Origin: Flavobacteriales bacterium
GTDB taxonomy: Bacteria; Bacteroidota; Bacteroidia; Palsa-965
Assembly (NCBI GenBank): GCA_040377305.1
Contig: JBEIPA010000009.1
Location: 1 to 64,000, forward strand
Direction: 5' to 3'
Length of the DNA: 64,000 nucleotides
Both the position numbers and the translations under genes were made by a program. Positions 30,501 to 39,995 of the stretch are shown here, piece by piece (position 1 is the stretch's first letter; each line of letters begins with the position of its first letter). The notes under the pieces were generated by a model, which searched no databases, was not told the DNA's origin, and saw only the letters and a list, made by a program, of their open reading frames with translations.

Positions 30501-33500
30501 GTATGGAGCTAAGGAGAAAACTCCGTACTCGCATATTCCATTTGAATTCCAGTCCGTGGATACCGATGTACAGCCGGGAGAGAAAGCACAGATCATGGTT
30601 TCAACTGCGCTGAAGGATGTTTCTCTGGTCTATGAAGTGGAGCACAAGAACAAGATTGTGTCCCGGGAAATAATTAAGATGAACAACGAGATGCGTCTCA
30701 TAGAGATTCCGGTGGAAGAAAAGCACCGCGGTAATTTTTCCGTCCATTTCTCATTCATACACAACAACCGCTCGTACACAACCGATCAGAGCATTTATGT
30801 TCCGTTCGAGAACACCAATCTGGAAATGGAATTCACCACTTTCCGTGATAAGCTTGTTCCGGGATCGAAGGAAGAATGGAAGATCAAGCTCAAAGGTCCG
30901 AAAGGAGAAAAAGTGGCCGCTGAAATGGTAGCCGCGATGTACGACGCATCACTCGATGAATTCCGAAGCAACTATTTTTCGTTCTACCTGTATCGTTCTT
31001 ACTACAGCAATACGTATTGGACAAATCAGATTTCAGGGATTGTGAATTCTCAGTTGTGGCAGGATGATTGGAATCCATACACATCATGGAGCGAACGGGT
31101 ATACGATCAGCTCAATTGGTTCGGATATAGTCTCGGCTCCAATTACTACGGATATTATGGCGGCGCATATACGTATCGCTGGAATGATGGCGACGACGAA
31201 ACTGTAGCCACAAAATCAGCGGAAGCGGTGTCGGGAAATTACGCAGTAACGGTATCCGATTCAAATGGCGCTACCGAAGTATCGGGACGTTCGCAAGACG
31301 GGAAGAAGGATAAAAGTTCTCCGGCCGCACCACCGGCAGGAGGAAGTGGAGCATTAAGAGAAGAGCAGGGTGCACCGGAACAACAGGATCAACGTAGTGC
31401 GGTCAGCGGAGAGGGAAAAAATCTTGGTGAGATAAAAGCGCGCAGTAACCTGAACGAAACGGTGTTCTTCTATCCGCATCTGGAAACAGATTCCAGCGGA
31501 AGCGTAACGATTAGTTTCACCATGAACGAAGCACTTACCAAGTGGAAGTTCATGGCGTTCGCGCACACGAAAGATCTCAAGTACGGATTCATCCAGAAGG
31601 AAGTGGTTACTCAAAAAGATCTCATGGTGGTTCCGAATGCTCCACGCTTCCTGCGCGAAGGCGACGAGATTACGGTGACTGCAAAAGTGACTAACCTTTC
31701 AACGGAAGATCAATCCGGAAATGCGCAGTTGTTTCTGTACGATGCACTCACGATGAAAGACATCACGGCGGAGCTCGCAGGTAAAACAGGAACCATTACG
31801 AAATTCTCTGCGAAGAAGGGACAAAGCGCCCCACTCGCCTGGACATTGAACATACCGCAAGGTTATGGCGCGGTTCAATACAAGGTTGTTGCGTCTGCCG
31901 GGAACTTTACAGACGGAGAAGAGAATGCAGTTCCGGTGTTAAGCAACAGAATACTTGTAACAGAAACACTTCCACTGCCAATTCGTGGCGGACAAACCAA
32001 AGAATTCAAGTTTGAAAAGTTGCTTAACCAGTCGAATGGTTCAACGACTCTGCAAAACCACCGATTGACTCTGGAGTTCACGTCGAATCCTGCGTGGTAT
32101 GCTGTTCAGGCTCTTCCGTACATGATGGAATATCCGTACGAGTGTGCTGAGCAAACATTCACCCGTTACTACTCGAACACAATCGCGGCGCACATTGCGA
32201 ATTCTTCTCCGAAGATGAAAGCGGTTTTCGATTCGTGGAAAAATCAATCGCCCGATGCGTTCTTATCTAACCTCGAGAAGAATCAGGAATTGAAGAATGC
32301 GCTGCTCGAAGAAACACCTTGGGTGCTCGATGCGAAAGACGAATCGGAACGTAAGAAACGTGTGGGACTGCTCTTTGACATGAACAAAATGTCGCAGGAG
32401 CAAGACCGCACCCTGCGCAAACTTCGTCAGATGCAAGTGAGCAATGGCGGATGGCCGTGGTTCGAAGGAATGCCTGATGATCGTTACATTACACAGCACA
32501 TCATTGCAGGATTTGGTCACCTCGATCATCTTGGAATTACAGCAGTGCGTTCCGACAATCGCAATTGGTCGATGGTACAAAACGGTGTCCGTTACATGGA
32601 TGCGCGAATTGTAGAAGACTATCAGGATATTTTGAAATATTCTGCGGACACAAGCGAGGATCATCTTGGTTACCTCGCCATGCACTATATGTATGCGCGC
32701 AGTTACTTCATGGACATTGAGATGAACAGCCAGACGAAACAAGCATTCAAATATTTCCAACATCAGGCCGCAGTATACTGGACGAAGAAGTCGCGGTACA
32801 TGCAGGGAATGATTGCGCTCGAAGCTCATCGTTACAAAGTGCCAACGATTTCGACTGCGATTGTGAAGTCTCTTCGCGAAACAGCAACAACTACCGACGA
32901 AATGGGCATGTACTGGAAAGACATGGCCGCGGGTGGATGGTATTGGTATCAGGCTCCCGTTGAATTTGAAGCGTTGATGGTCGAAGTGTTCCATGAAGTT
33001 GCAAACGATCAGAAAGCGGTTGATGATATTCGTGTATGGTTGTTGAAGAACAAACAAACTACCGATTGGAAAACCACGAAAGCAACAACCGAAGCGTGCT
33101 ATGCATTGCTGATGGACGGAACAGATTGGCTCGCGACAGAATCCGACGTTTCAATTGTTGTGGGAACACAAACAATCGATCCGAAAGCTGCGGGCGTATC
33201 AGTCGAACCGGGAACGGGTTACTTCAAAATGTCGTGGAGCGGAAAAGACATTGCGGCGAACATGGGCAAGATCACCGTGACGAAAGCGGGCCCGGGAGTT
33301 TCATGGGGCGCGATGTACTGGCAGTATTTCGAAGACATGGACAAAGTGACTTCTGCAAATACCAATCTGAAAATTGTGAAGAAGCTGTTTGTTACGCGCA
33401 ATACAAAATCAGGCCCGGTGATTGAACCGGTAACTGATCAGACCGTGCTCAAACCGGGCGACAAAATCAGAGTGCGAATCGAACTACGTAACGATCGCGA

Positions 33501-33786
33501 CATGGAATATGTACACATGAAAGATATGCGCGCATCCGGATTCGAACCGATCAATGTGATTTCATCGTACAAATACCAGGACGGACTTGGATACTATGAA
33601 AGCACACACGACGCATCTACCAACTTCTTCTTCTCGTACCTGCCGAAAGGAACACACGTGTTTGAATATCCGCTTTATGTTGTGCACGAAGGAAACTTCT
33701 CGAACGGATTGACAACAGTTCAGTGCATGTACGCTCCGGAGTTTTCAGCGCATAGCGAGGGGTCGCGGGTGAAGGTGGGGAAATAG
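27574..33786 (+). CDS. bacterial alpha-2-macroglobulin
   Basis: DRAIYRPGQTV (MG2), EEYKRP, PRFLREGD, thioester motif YPYECAEQ, GGWPWF, C-terminal MYAPEF. Confidence 0.95.
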   Translation: MSTTKSGRLARLLAFSTLAITALIFLTINRSPVAVAEPSVYLIKGNSYEKEWTRVDSLEGQGLYKSALELTNQIYDKAKKENNSPQVVKAILHRLKFEERFVEGSADRAIYSIRDELKTAKYPLKPVLHHILGNLYWQYYQNNRWTIMNRSKTVNFENDSVSTWDLTKLVDHTIKQYQLSIEMKDSLQKTDAHHYLDVITEGDAEKQLRPTLYDFLVHPAIDMFAAYEPGITRPADAFVIDDPAYFQQWDKFVAIKLETSDTMSLKFYALKNLQDLVRFHSGDKERDAFMMADLKRFMFVRDNSVVADKDSLYEDGLRQLAANNPDNKFTGEVIYQIALYHSQQAYKYNPEQGDKYRYEKQRATELADEVVKRYPGTLAATKCQDLAEEMRAKDMKIITEETVIPNQPSRALFEWTNLAKVNFRIVKLDEELESRYDYSSWDDQVKEYLRKPIIEKWSHTLPMTNDMQRHTAEIKIPALPPGHYAILSSDRDSFEMDRNGIAVAEFWSSEISYLQRRMEDGTYEVFCYNRNTGVALPSVNINMWEEKYSYVSREYEMKKTGSFVSDKNGKLVIPAPTNYRTFILEFQTNKNHLYSDYTYQYKAYREPKKKTPTTYFFLDRAIYRPGQTVYFKGIMVNGDGDSHEIMKGKATTVKFYDANYQEVSKLDLTTNEYGSISGSFIAPAAGLTGQMHLQSESGSAYFSVEEYKRPHFEVIVDPVKETFRVNDSVNVIGHARSFSGAAVDGAQVRYRVVRSARFPWWWWCWYGYYPQSSTIEITNGVAMTDDTGGFVIPFKAIPDKSVPKASSPIFTYTIYTDITDITGETHSGNGWANVGYNTVEVSTYLPEMVEKTSKDSIAVTVNNLNGQPVPSDVAITIHKLNEPDVVFRNREWSRPDQFIYTKAEWNKWFPEDPYDNENDYLTWGKGKQVYSGTVNSGKPGKFAVDKTSWESGRYVMELNTTDKFGQPAKDIRYFTLYGAKEKTPYSHIPFEFQSVDTDVQPGEKAQIMVSTALKDVSLVYEVEHKNKIVSREIIKMNNEMRLIEIPVEEKHRGNFSVHFSFIHNNRSYTTDQSIYVPFENTNLEMEFTTFRDKLVPGSKEEWKIKLKGPKGEKVAAEMVAAMYDASLDEFRSNYFSFYLYRSYYSNTYWTNQISGIVNSQLWQDDWNPYTSWSERVYDQLNWFGYSLGSNYYGYYGGAYTYRWNDGDDETVATKSAEAVSGNYAVTVSDSNGATEVSGRSQDGKKDKSSPAAPPAGGSGALREEQGAPEQQDQRSAVSGEGKNLGEIKARSNLNETVFFYPHLETDSSGSVTISFTMNEALTKWKFMAFAHTKDLKYGFIQKEVVTQKDLMVVPNAPRFLREGDEITVTAKVTNLSTEDQSGNAQLFLYDALTMKDITAELAGKTGTITKFSAKKGQSAPLAWTLNIPQGYGAVQYKVVASAGNFTDGEENAVPVLSNRILVTETLPLPIRGGQTKEFKFEKLLNQSNGSTTLQNHRLTLEFTSNPAWYAVQALPYMMEYPYECAEQTFTRYYSNTIAAHIANSSPKMKAVFDSWKNQSPDAFLSNLEKNQELKNALLEETPWVLDAKDESERKKRVGLLFDMNKMSQEQDRTLRKLRQMQVSNGGWPWFEGMPDDRYITQHIIAGFGHLDHLGITAVRSDNRNWSMVQNGVRYMDARIVEDYQDILKYSADTSEDHLGYLAMHYMYARSYFMDIEMNSQTKQAFKYFQHQAAVYWTKKSRYMQGMIALEAHRYKVPTISTAIVKSLRETATTTDEMGMYWKDMAAGGWYWYQAPVEFEALMVEVFHEVANDQKAVDDIRVWLLKNKQTTDWKTTKATTEACYALLMDGTDWLATESDVSIVVGTQTIDPKAAGVSVEPGTGYFKMSWSGKDIAANMGKITVTKAGPGVSWGAMYWQYFEDMDKVTSANTNLKIVKKLFVTRNTKSGPVIEPVTDQTVLKPGDKIRVRIELRNDRDMEYVHMKDMRASGFEPINVISSYKYQDGLGYYESTHDASTNFFFSYLPKGTHVFEYPLYVVHEGNFSNGLTTVQCMYAPEFSAHSEGSRVKVGK

Positions 33787-33790
33787 AATC

Positions 33791-33865
33791 GGCATTAGGG
33801 CATTGGGGCATTAGGGGAATTGGGCTAAACTTGTAACAGCCCAAGTGCCCTATTGCCCCAATGCC
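33791..33865. repeat. inverted pair of degenerate octamer arrays (GGCATTRG x4 / CYAWTGCC x3)
   Basis: ggcattag ggcattgg ggcattag gggaattg ... caagtgcc ctattgcc ccaatgcc. Confidence 0.7.
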
Positions 33866-33881
33866 TTTACAACTAGTCGTC

Positions 33882-34274
33882 ATGAAGAAGCTACTACTCG
33901 CAATTCCCATTCTGTTTTGTTTAAGCTTGAACGCTCAGCAAATCTCAACCGACACAATCAAGTCACCGACACCCGACAAGAACTTCGTGAAGACTTTGCA
34001 CCACGATTCATTATCGAGCAGCTTTCTGATCATTATTCCCAAGGAAGTGAAATCGCATTATCACGCGGAACACACAGAACAGGTAGTCATTCTCTCCGGG
34101 GAAGCGGATATGATATTGGGCGAGCAAAAGCTTCACATCAAAGCCGGAGATGTGATCATCATTCCGAAAGGCACGAAACATTCTGTGATTGTAACTTCAA
34201 CAGAACCGTTGAAGATAATTTCCGTGCAGGCTCCCTACTTTGATGGGACTGATCGAATCATGCTGGATAAGTAG
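33882..34274 (+). CDS. exported cupin-domain protein
   Basis: Signal peptide, HYHAEHTE and GDVIIIPKGTKH cupin motifs. Confidence 0.88.
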   Translation: MKKLLLAIPILFCLSLNAQQISTDTIKSPTPDKNFVKTLHHDSLSSSFLIIIPKEVKSHYHAEHTEQVVILSGEADMILGEQKLHIKAGDVIIIPKGTKHSVIVTSTEPLKIISVQAPYFDGTDRIMLDK

Positions 34275-34288
34275 AGCGTCCCCTTTTC

Positions 34289-34969
34289 TTAACCCGCAAC
34301 CTGCTGCTGCGGCTTCTCATACAATCCCAACTTCACTCCGCTATACATCACGATAAGACTAGCGATAATCAGACAATGGGAAATGTCGTTGTAGTTGAAC
34401 CATTTATCGCTAATGGAAAATTTCAATCCGTGTACCAGCGCGGTTAAGGATGAAATTCCGATTCCGGTTGCAACCAGCATTTCGGCGCGTTTGCCTTTTG
34501 TCGCTACGTATATATAGTAGAACATGATAGGCAAAAGTCCAAGTGCAAGATGCCATTTCGCGATGGCGAACGTTCCTATTAGATATGAGCCCAGTGCAAA
34601 TGCTCCAAATTGAAGCGTAACGATAGAAATAACCAGCATTTTGTACTTTGAAAGCACGTTGGAAGCGAAGCCGAATTGCGCGAGTGTAACTCCCGCCCCC
34701 TGAATTGCACCCATGGCCCACCAGATTTTGAAATGCATATCGTCCGTGGTGTAGAATGAGAATCCGTGGACTACAACTCCAACGAGTGAAGAAATTCCGA
34801 GTAACAGAAAAAAGTAGATCCAGTTTTTGTTTGGGAAGTCCAGCTTTTGTTTGCGAAGTCGCAGATAACAAACAAGTCCGGTTGCAAAAATTCCGATGTT
34901 GGTTAGTGCAGTGACAGGATCACGAACTATTACACCTGCGATATCAATTTCCTCGTGGTAGTGAATCAT
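34289..34969 (-). CDS. polytopic membrane protein (about 7 TM, His-containing)
   Basis: Hydrophobic helices; DPVTALTN, VVHGF, FNYNDISH. Confidence 0.75.
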   Translation of the reverse strand: MIHYHEEIDIAGVIVRDPVTALTNIGIFATGLVCYLRLRKQKLDFPNKNWIYFFLLLGISSLVGVVVHGFSFYTTDDMHFKIWWAMGAIQGAGVTLAQFGFASNVLSKYKMLVISIVTLQFGAFALGSYLIGTFAIAKWHLALGLLPIMFYYIYVATKGKRAEMLVATGIGISSLTALVHGLKFSISDKWFNYNDISHCLIIASLIVMYSGVKLGLYEKPQQQVAG

Positions 34970-36356
34970 GCCATTTGTTTCCCTTTGGCAAAATTACACA
35001 AATAAGAACGTAGAATAGGAGTGCTGCCACAAGTCCATAGAGAACGGGTGGAGTTGACTCTTCTGTTTCAAACCAGCGAAAAATGAACCACACACCCGAT
35101 CCGCCAATCATGGAAACAATTGCGGCGATTTCGTTTTTGTTTTTGAAGAATAATCCTGCACACAACGGAACGAATAATCCAACGAGACTAATCACCGACG
35201 CCTCACTAACCAATTCATAGATGTCTTGACGCACCAAAGCCATCGTGAGTGAAATGCATCCAACAATAATTACACTCCATCGCATTAAGCGCAAGCGAGC
35301 TTTGTCGCCCGGATCTTTTTTCAATCGCGGGAGAATCAGGTTCTCGGAAAGAATTACGGACGGAGCCAGCAAAGCACCAGATGCGGCATTCAAAACGGCT
35401 GAGAGCAAAGCACCGAAGAACAATATCTGTATCCACACGCCCGTATGTTGCAGAATTAAATCGGGAAGCAACATTTGCGAATCGCCCGACGGAGTTACAA
35501 CGAGTACTTTCGCACACAAAGTGAGTAAAAGCGGAATGAAAGCAATCGTTAAGTACATTAATGCGCCGAGATAGGACGATCGCACCGCAATTTTTTCTGT
35601 CTTCGATGCCATCACACGTTGATAAACGTCCTGTTGTGGAATTGATCCGAGTCCGATTGTGATCCATGCCGCAATGTGGATCAACCAACCATTCAGGCTT
35701 CGATCCGGATGAAATGCAAAGAATCCTTCCGGTTGCGCATTGATGATGTTCTCGAATCCACCGGCCTGAGGCACGAGCACCGCAACACATGCGATCAATC
35801 CGATGATAATAATGATCACGTGAAAGAAATCGGTGATCGACACAGACCAGAGTCCACCGGTTGCAGTGCATCCAAACACAACGAGAGCAGACACAACAAT
35901 TCCGATCTCAACACTCACACCAGGCATTACCGCATGAATGATGATTCCGCAGGCAACCATTTGTGCGGCGACCCATCCGAGATAAGAAAGGATGAGGAAG
36001 ATGGCCGAAACAAATTCTGCGCGACGACCGAATGTTACTTTATAGAAATCGCCAAATGTTAAAAGGTTGAGTCGATAAAGCGGACGTGCGAAGAACATTG
36101 CAACCAGCACAAGACACAACGAAGCTCCGAATGGATCTTCAACAACACCTTTCATTCCGTTTTCCGCGAACTCAGACGAAGCCCCTAAAACGGTTTCTGA
36201 TCCGAACCAGGTCCCAAAAACAGTTGTTGTGGCGAGAATGAGCGGAAGATTTCGTCCGGCCGACACAAAGTCGTTTTCATTTTTGACACGTCGTGCGGCC
36301 CACAGTCCGATTGCGAGACTGATCACGAGATATGCTATGACCGAGAATGCCAACAT
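34944..36356 (-). CDS. sodium:solute symporter family protein
   Basis: DFVSAGRNLP, TWFGSETVLG, GSIPQQDVYQR; ATG 36356 directly after TACATTTG (track start 36452 runs into a repeat). Confidence 0.92.
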   Translation of the reverse strand: MLAFSVIAYLVISLAIGLWAARRVKNENDFVSAGRNLPLILATTTVFGTWFGSETVLGASSEFAENGMKGVVEDPFGASLCLVLVAMFFARPLYRLNLLTFGDFYKVTFGRRAEFVSAIFLILSYLGWVAAQMVACGIIIHAVMPGVSVEIGIVVSALVVFGCTATGGLWSVSITDFFHVIIIIIGLIACVAVLVPQAGGFENIINAQPEGFFAFHPDRSLNGWLIHIAAWITIGLGSIPQQDVYQRVMASKTEKIAVRSSYLGALMYLTIAFIPLLLTLCAKVLVVTPSGDSQMLLPDLILQHTGVWIQILFFGALLSAVLNAASGALLAPSVILSENLILPRLKKDPGDKARLRLMRWSVIIVGCISLTMALVRQDIYELVSEASVISLVGLFVPLCAGLFFKNKNEIAAIVSMIGGSGVWFIFRWFETEESTPPVLYGLVAALLFYVLICVILPKGNKWHDSLPRGN

Positions 36357-36389
36357 GTCCTCAAATGTAACGCATGTACTCAAAATACT

Positions 36390-36556
36390 TAACCACATAG
36401 GATCATAGAAAGAAAAACCGGCGTTTGTTGAAGTTCTCCGCAAGCGGATCATACATAGAACGCAGGAGCAATATCGCGTGTCGCGATATTCTCGTGTGAA
36501 CTATGTAATTCTTGAGAACCAACAAGCAAGCAACGGGCTATGATTCTATGTGGTTA
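36390..36556. repeat. miniature inverted-repeat element, ACCACATAG family (copy 2)
   Basis: 19-bp terminal IR with 1 mismatch, 36390-36408/36538-36556; internal palindrome AATATCGCG-TGT-CGCGATATT. Confidence 0.8.
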
Positions 36557-36572
36557 TGACTACTTTTGAGGT

Positions 36573-37778
36573 ATGGGTCCAGGCAAACGAAAAGATGCAG
36601 TCACGAAATTGTTGTTTGATGCGTTATCGCGTCTCATGCAGGGTAACGATCGCGCAGATTTAATCCTTAGCAATCTCTTTCGCGTAAATAAAGTAACTGA
36701 TGAAGCCGTGCGCGCAGAAGCTGCGCGCGTTTTATACGGTCTGATTCGTTTCTGGCGACCGATTACATCTGCTGTGCGCATGGGTGAAGTGCTGTTTGAA
36801 GCAGACGCGTGGCGCTTGTACGAAGCATTTGAGGTCTGGATCGACATGTACAACGGCAAGCCGATCAAAGACAATCAGAATCTGGTAGAGAAGTTCGGCA
36901 AGTACATGCGCGTTCGAAAAATTCGCGAGTCGATTACCGACTGGATGGATGAAACCGGCGTGAAAGAGCTTGGTGAATCAACCTGGGAAGGTATTGCGTA
37001 CTTCATGAACACAGAACCGCGGGTGTTTCTTCGTGTAAACACTGCGCGCACCACAACGGAAGAACTCGTTCGCGTACTGGAATCAGAAAATGTACCGGTT
37101 GAAGTGGTGGCGGATGTTCCCGGAGCACTCTTATTAAAGGAACACCGGAATGTTTTCGGATTGAAGTCGTTTCAGGATGGACTTTTCGAAGTTCAGGATC
37201 GTTCATCACAGATCACCGGACTGTTTTGTAAAGTAAAACCTGGAATGGTTGTGATTGACGCATGTGCGGGAGCAGGAGGGAAAACACTTCAGCTTGCTGC
37301 AATCATGAATAACCACGGGAAGTTGTATGCAATGGATACCGTTGCAGGTAAGCTGAAGACATTACGCGATCGTTGCTCCAAAGCGAAGACAGATATAGTA
37401 GAGACGAAGGAGATCACATCACCAGAAGATGTGAAATCATTCGCAGGCAAAGCAGATATTGTATTGCTCGACGTACCGTGCACCGGGACAGGAGTACTCA
37501 GAAGAAACCCGGATGCGAAGTGGAGAATGGAAGAAGAAGACTTGTTGCGTTTGCAGAAATTGCAAAAATCAATTCTTGAAGATTACGCAACGATGGTGAA
37601 GCAAGGAGGAACGTTAGTTTACTCAACATGCAGTGTGCTTCCATCCGAAGGAGAGACGCAAGCAGCAGCTTTTACATCAAAGCATGGTGATGAGTGGACT
37701 TTTGAAGAAGAAAAAAGAACAGGGTGTGATGAAAATTTTGGCGATGGCTTTTACATGGCGCGCTGGAAAAGAAAATGA
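36573..37778 (+). CDS. RsmB/NOP family RNA m5C methyltransferase
   Basis: FEVQDRSSQ, DACAGAGGKT, DVPCTGTG, YSTCS, DGFYMA. Confidence 0.92.
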   Translation: MGPGKRKDAVTKLLFDALSRLMQGNDRADLILSNLFRVNKVTDEAVRAEAARVLYGLIRFWRPITSAVRMGEVLFEADAWRLYEAFEVWIDMYNGKPIKDNQNLVEKFGKYMRVRKIRESITDWMDETGVKELGESTWEGIAYFMNTEPRVFLRVNTARTTTEELVRVLESENVPVEVVADVPGALLLKEHRNVFGLKSFQDGLFEVQDRSSQITGLFCKVKPGMVVIDACAGAGGKTLQLAAIMNNHGKLYAMDTVAGKLKTLRDRCSKAKTDIVETKEITSPEDVKSFAGKADIVLLDVPCTGTGVLRRNPDAKWRMEEEDLLRLQKLQKSILEDYATMVKQGGTLVYSTCSVLPSEGETQAAAFTSKHGDEWTFEEEKRTGCDENFGDGFYMARWKRK

Positions 37779-38039
37779 TGTGAAGTGAATTCATTTTGTG
37801 ATGACACACATTGCGTGGAACGCTTATGAATAAAGGGATGCAGCGTGTTGCGCGGAATAATTTCTGATGATGATTCATCGCTCACATCAAACACAAAACA
37901 CGTGATGAATGTGCATGAAAGCGGAACATAATCATCCTTTTCAACAAAACCATGTTGATAAGTAGAATGTTGAAAATTTTTTTCGTGTACAAAAATTTTC
38001 TTACTTCGTCGCAAATAAGTTTTCAAAACTATAAAAACC

Positions 38040-38165
38040 ATGGCAAAGAAAGCAACAAAGAAAGCAGCTAAGCCTGCTAAGAAAAAAGCAGCTAAGAAAG
38101 CTGGAAAGAAAAAAGCAGCTAAAAAAGGCGGCAAAAAGAAAGCAGCTAAGAAGAAGAAGAAGTAA
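38040..38165 (+). CDS. 41-aa Lys/Ala-rich histone H1-like protein (not in ORF track)
   Basis: MAKKATKKAAKPAKKKAAKKAGKKKAAKKGGKKKAAKKKKK*; A-rich leader; terminator CCCAGTGA-GCAA-TCACTGGG-TTTTT immediately after. Confidence 0.85.
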   Translation: MAKKATKKAAKPAKKKAAKKAGKKKAAKKGGKKKAAKKKKK

Positions 38166-38312
38166 TTCTTTTTCTCTTAAGAGAAAAGGCCCAGTGAGCA
38201 ATCACTGGGTTTTTGTTTTTTATGGCTCGATCAACGCCCTTAAAATTATGGATGGATGATGGAATTATGGAATGATTGGATGGAATGTGGAATTTAAGTT
38301 AAGTCCGAACCT

Positions 38313-38396
38313 CATCCTATCATCCTATCATCCTATCATCCTATCATCCTATCATCCTATCATCCTATCATCCTATCATCCTATCATCCTATCATC
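38313..38396. repeat. perfect tandem repeat (CATCCTAT) x10.5
   Basis: Ten exact 8-mers at 38313-38392 plus CATC; degenerate complementary GGATG/GGAAT tract at about 38249-38293. Confidence 0.95.
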
Positions 38397-38522
38397 ACTC
38401 GCGTCTCCTGCCTGTCGTCTCCCGCCTTTTTCTATATTTGATCTTCAAACACGAGCAAGAGACGGAACCGTTCTGACTTTCACTGTCAAGATTCTCAAAT
38501 ACGAAACTCAAAAACAAAAACC

Positions 38523-39086
38523 ATGCGCAAAAAGCTACTCATGATCGCGGCCATCGTACTTCCACTAATGTGGACAGCATGCGGACCGGAAACACCTGTT
38601 GAAACTGAAGACGTAATTCCAGCTGGGATGCGCGCGGTTGACATTTCAAAGGATAGCATGGGCTATCCGGTAAAAATCAATGCACCCGATTCAACGAACG
38701 GTATGCTGATGACCATGTCGACACCAAACGGATATCAGGTTCGTGTTGGAAACAACTTCGATCTTTTGGTGAACCAAGGTGGAACTGAAGAGGCTGATCT
38801 TGCTGCCGTAAAAGCATTGAACATTGCAACCGATGCCGGAACCAGCACCTTTACAGTTGAAGATGCAACTACATTAGTTTGGGAAACCAAGTTTGGAGAC
38901 GGGGAAGGCGCACTTTCTGTGTATCACTTCTACATGCTCGTTAAAGTTGGTGAAGACCAATACTACATTCGCGACAACAGCTTTGAGCCGAACAACCAGT
39001 TCAAGAAAGAACACATCGACAAGATGCTGGAGTCTGCAAAATCTTTGCGTGCGGCTAAAGCGCCAGCGACTGAACCGGAAGCTTAA
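38523..39086 (+). CDS. hypothetical lipoprotein
   Basis: Lipobox WTAC; TATATTTG promoter at 38433-38440. Confidence 0.8.
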   Translation: MRKKLLMIAAIVLPLMWTACGPETPVETEDVIPAGMRAVDISKDSMGYPVKINAPDSTNGMLMTMSTPNGYQVRVGNNFDLLVNQGGTEEADLAAVKALNIATDAGTSTFTVEDATTLVWETKFGDGEGALSVYHFYMLVKVGEDQYYIRDNSFEPNNQFKKEHIDKMLESAKSLRAAKAPATEPEA

Positions 39087-39158
39087 AGTATTACTTCAAG
39101 TAAAAAGTAAAGGGCTGATCAATGTGATCAGCCCTCTTCTTTTTGTACGTAGCCACGA

Positions 39159-39995
39159 TTACTTGGCAATTACGAATTGTCGACCAGGCAATATTGTTTC
39201 ACCGGACTCCAGATTATATGAATACGTACCGTTTGCAAGATCTTGTCCCGACAACATCAAGCTCGTGAAAGCACTCGTCACGGCATATCGCTTTACCTCT
39301 CGTCCGGCAAAATCATAGATGACGATTGTGCCACTTGAAACTCCATCAGGAAGTGTGTATGGAATAGTGGTCGTACTATTTGTTGGGTTCGGATACGGAC
39401 TTGGCAATTGTTGGGGGGTGTCAGTCGTTCCGTTAACGGGCTGGATGCCACTAATAACTCCTTGATCACACATAGTACAAGGCATCATTCCAGGCAATGA
39501 GTAAACCGAAGTTTTGAAAGTGAACTGATTAATCAACATGAGCTTCGATCCAGCAACTGTATGTACCACTTCCGGTAAGCGCTCACCGTCCAGCGGAAAG
39601 TGTGAACTTAACTCGAATGAATCGCGACTTAATAGTACATTCCCAAGTTCATCATAGACGCTAACGTTCCTCAGATTTGTTATTGTCGAACTATAAGTCA
39701 ACACGTATTCAAAATCGGCTGGGTTAGTATTAAATAGTTCATCAGAGAGCCAGTCTACTCGAAAACTAGTACAACCAGGCAAGGACGGCAGCGGAATAGT
39801 TCGGAACACAGAATGATTGAGGTTGTATAAAACAATCTGAGTTGCATCCGTTAAAAGGTATTTATAACCGTTAGTAGTAAAGTGCACCAGCTTCAGCTGA
39901 CGCATGTAAATGGTGTTGGGGTAATCCTGCTCAAGGGTAATCTGTGCAGAGGCAAAGTTGCTCACCAGCAAGAGTGCAAACAGAAGACGTTTCAT
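39159..39995 (-). CDS. T9SS type A sorting domain-containing secreted protein
   Basis: Signal peptide; PYPNP...IYDFAGREV...LANGTYSY C-terminal domain. Confidence 0.85.
   Translation of the reverse strand: MKRLLFALLLVSNFASAQITLEQDYPNTIYMRQLKLVHFTTNGYKYLLTDATQIVLYNLNHSVFRTIPLPSLPGCTSFRVDWLSDELFNTNPADFEYVLTYSSTITNLRNVSVYDELGNVLLSRDSFELSSHFPLDGERLPEVVHTVAGSKLMLINQFTFKTSVYSLPGMMPCTMCDQGVISGIQPVNGTTDTPQQLPSPYPNPTNSTTTIPYTLPDGVSSGTIVIYDFAGREVKRYAVTSAFTSLMLSGQDLANGTYSYNLESGETILPGRQFVIAK

Noticed and set aside
37751-38201. Hydrophobic Phe/Ala-rich minus-strand ORFs (37751..38134, 38001..38201)
   Set aside because: Antisense shadows of the Lys/Ala-rich plus-strand gene, which has the leader and terminator
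38272-38544. ORF with LSSYHPII repeats
   Set aside because: Simply the translation of the CATCCTAT tandem repeat; overlaps a promoter
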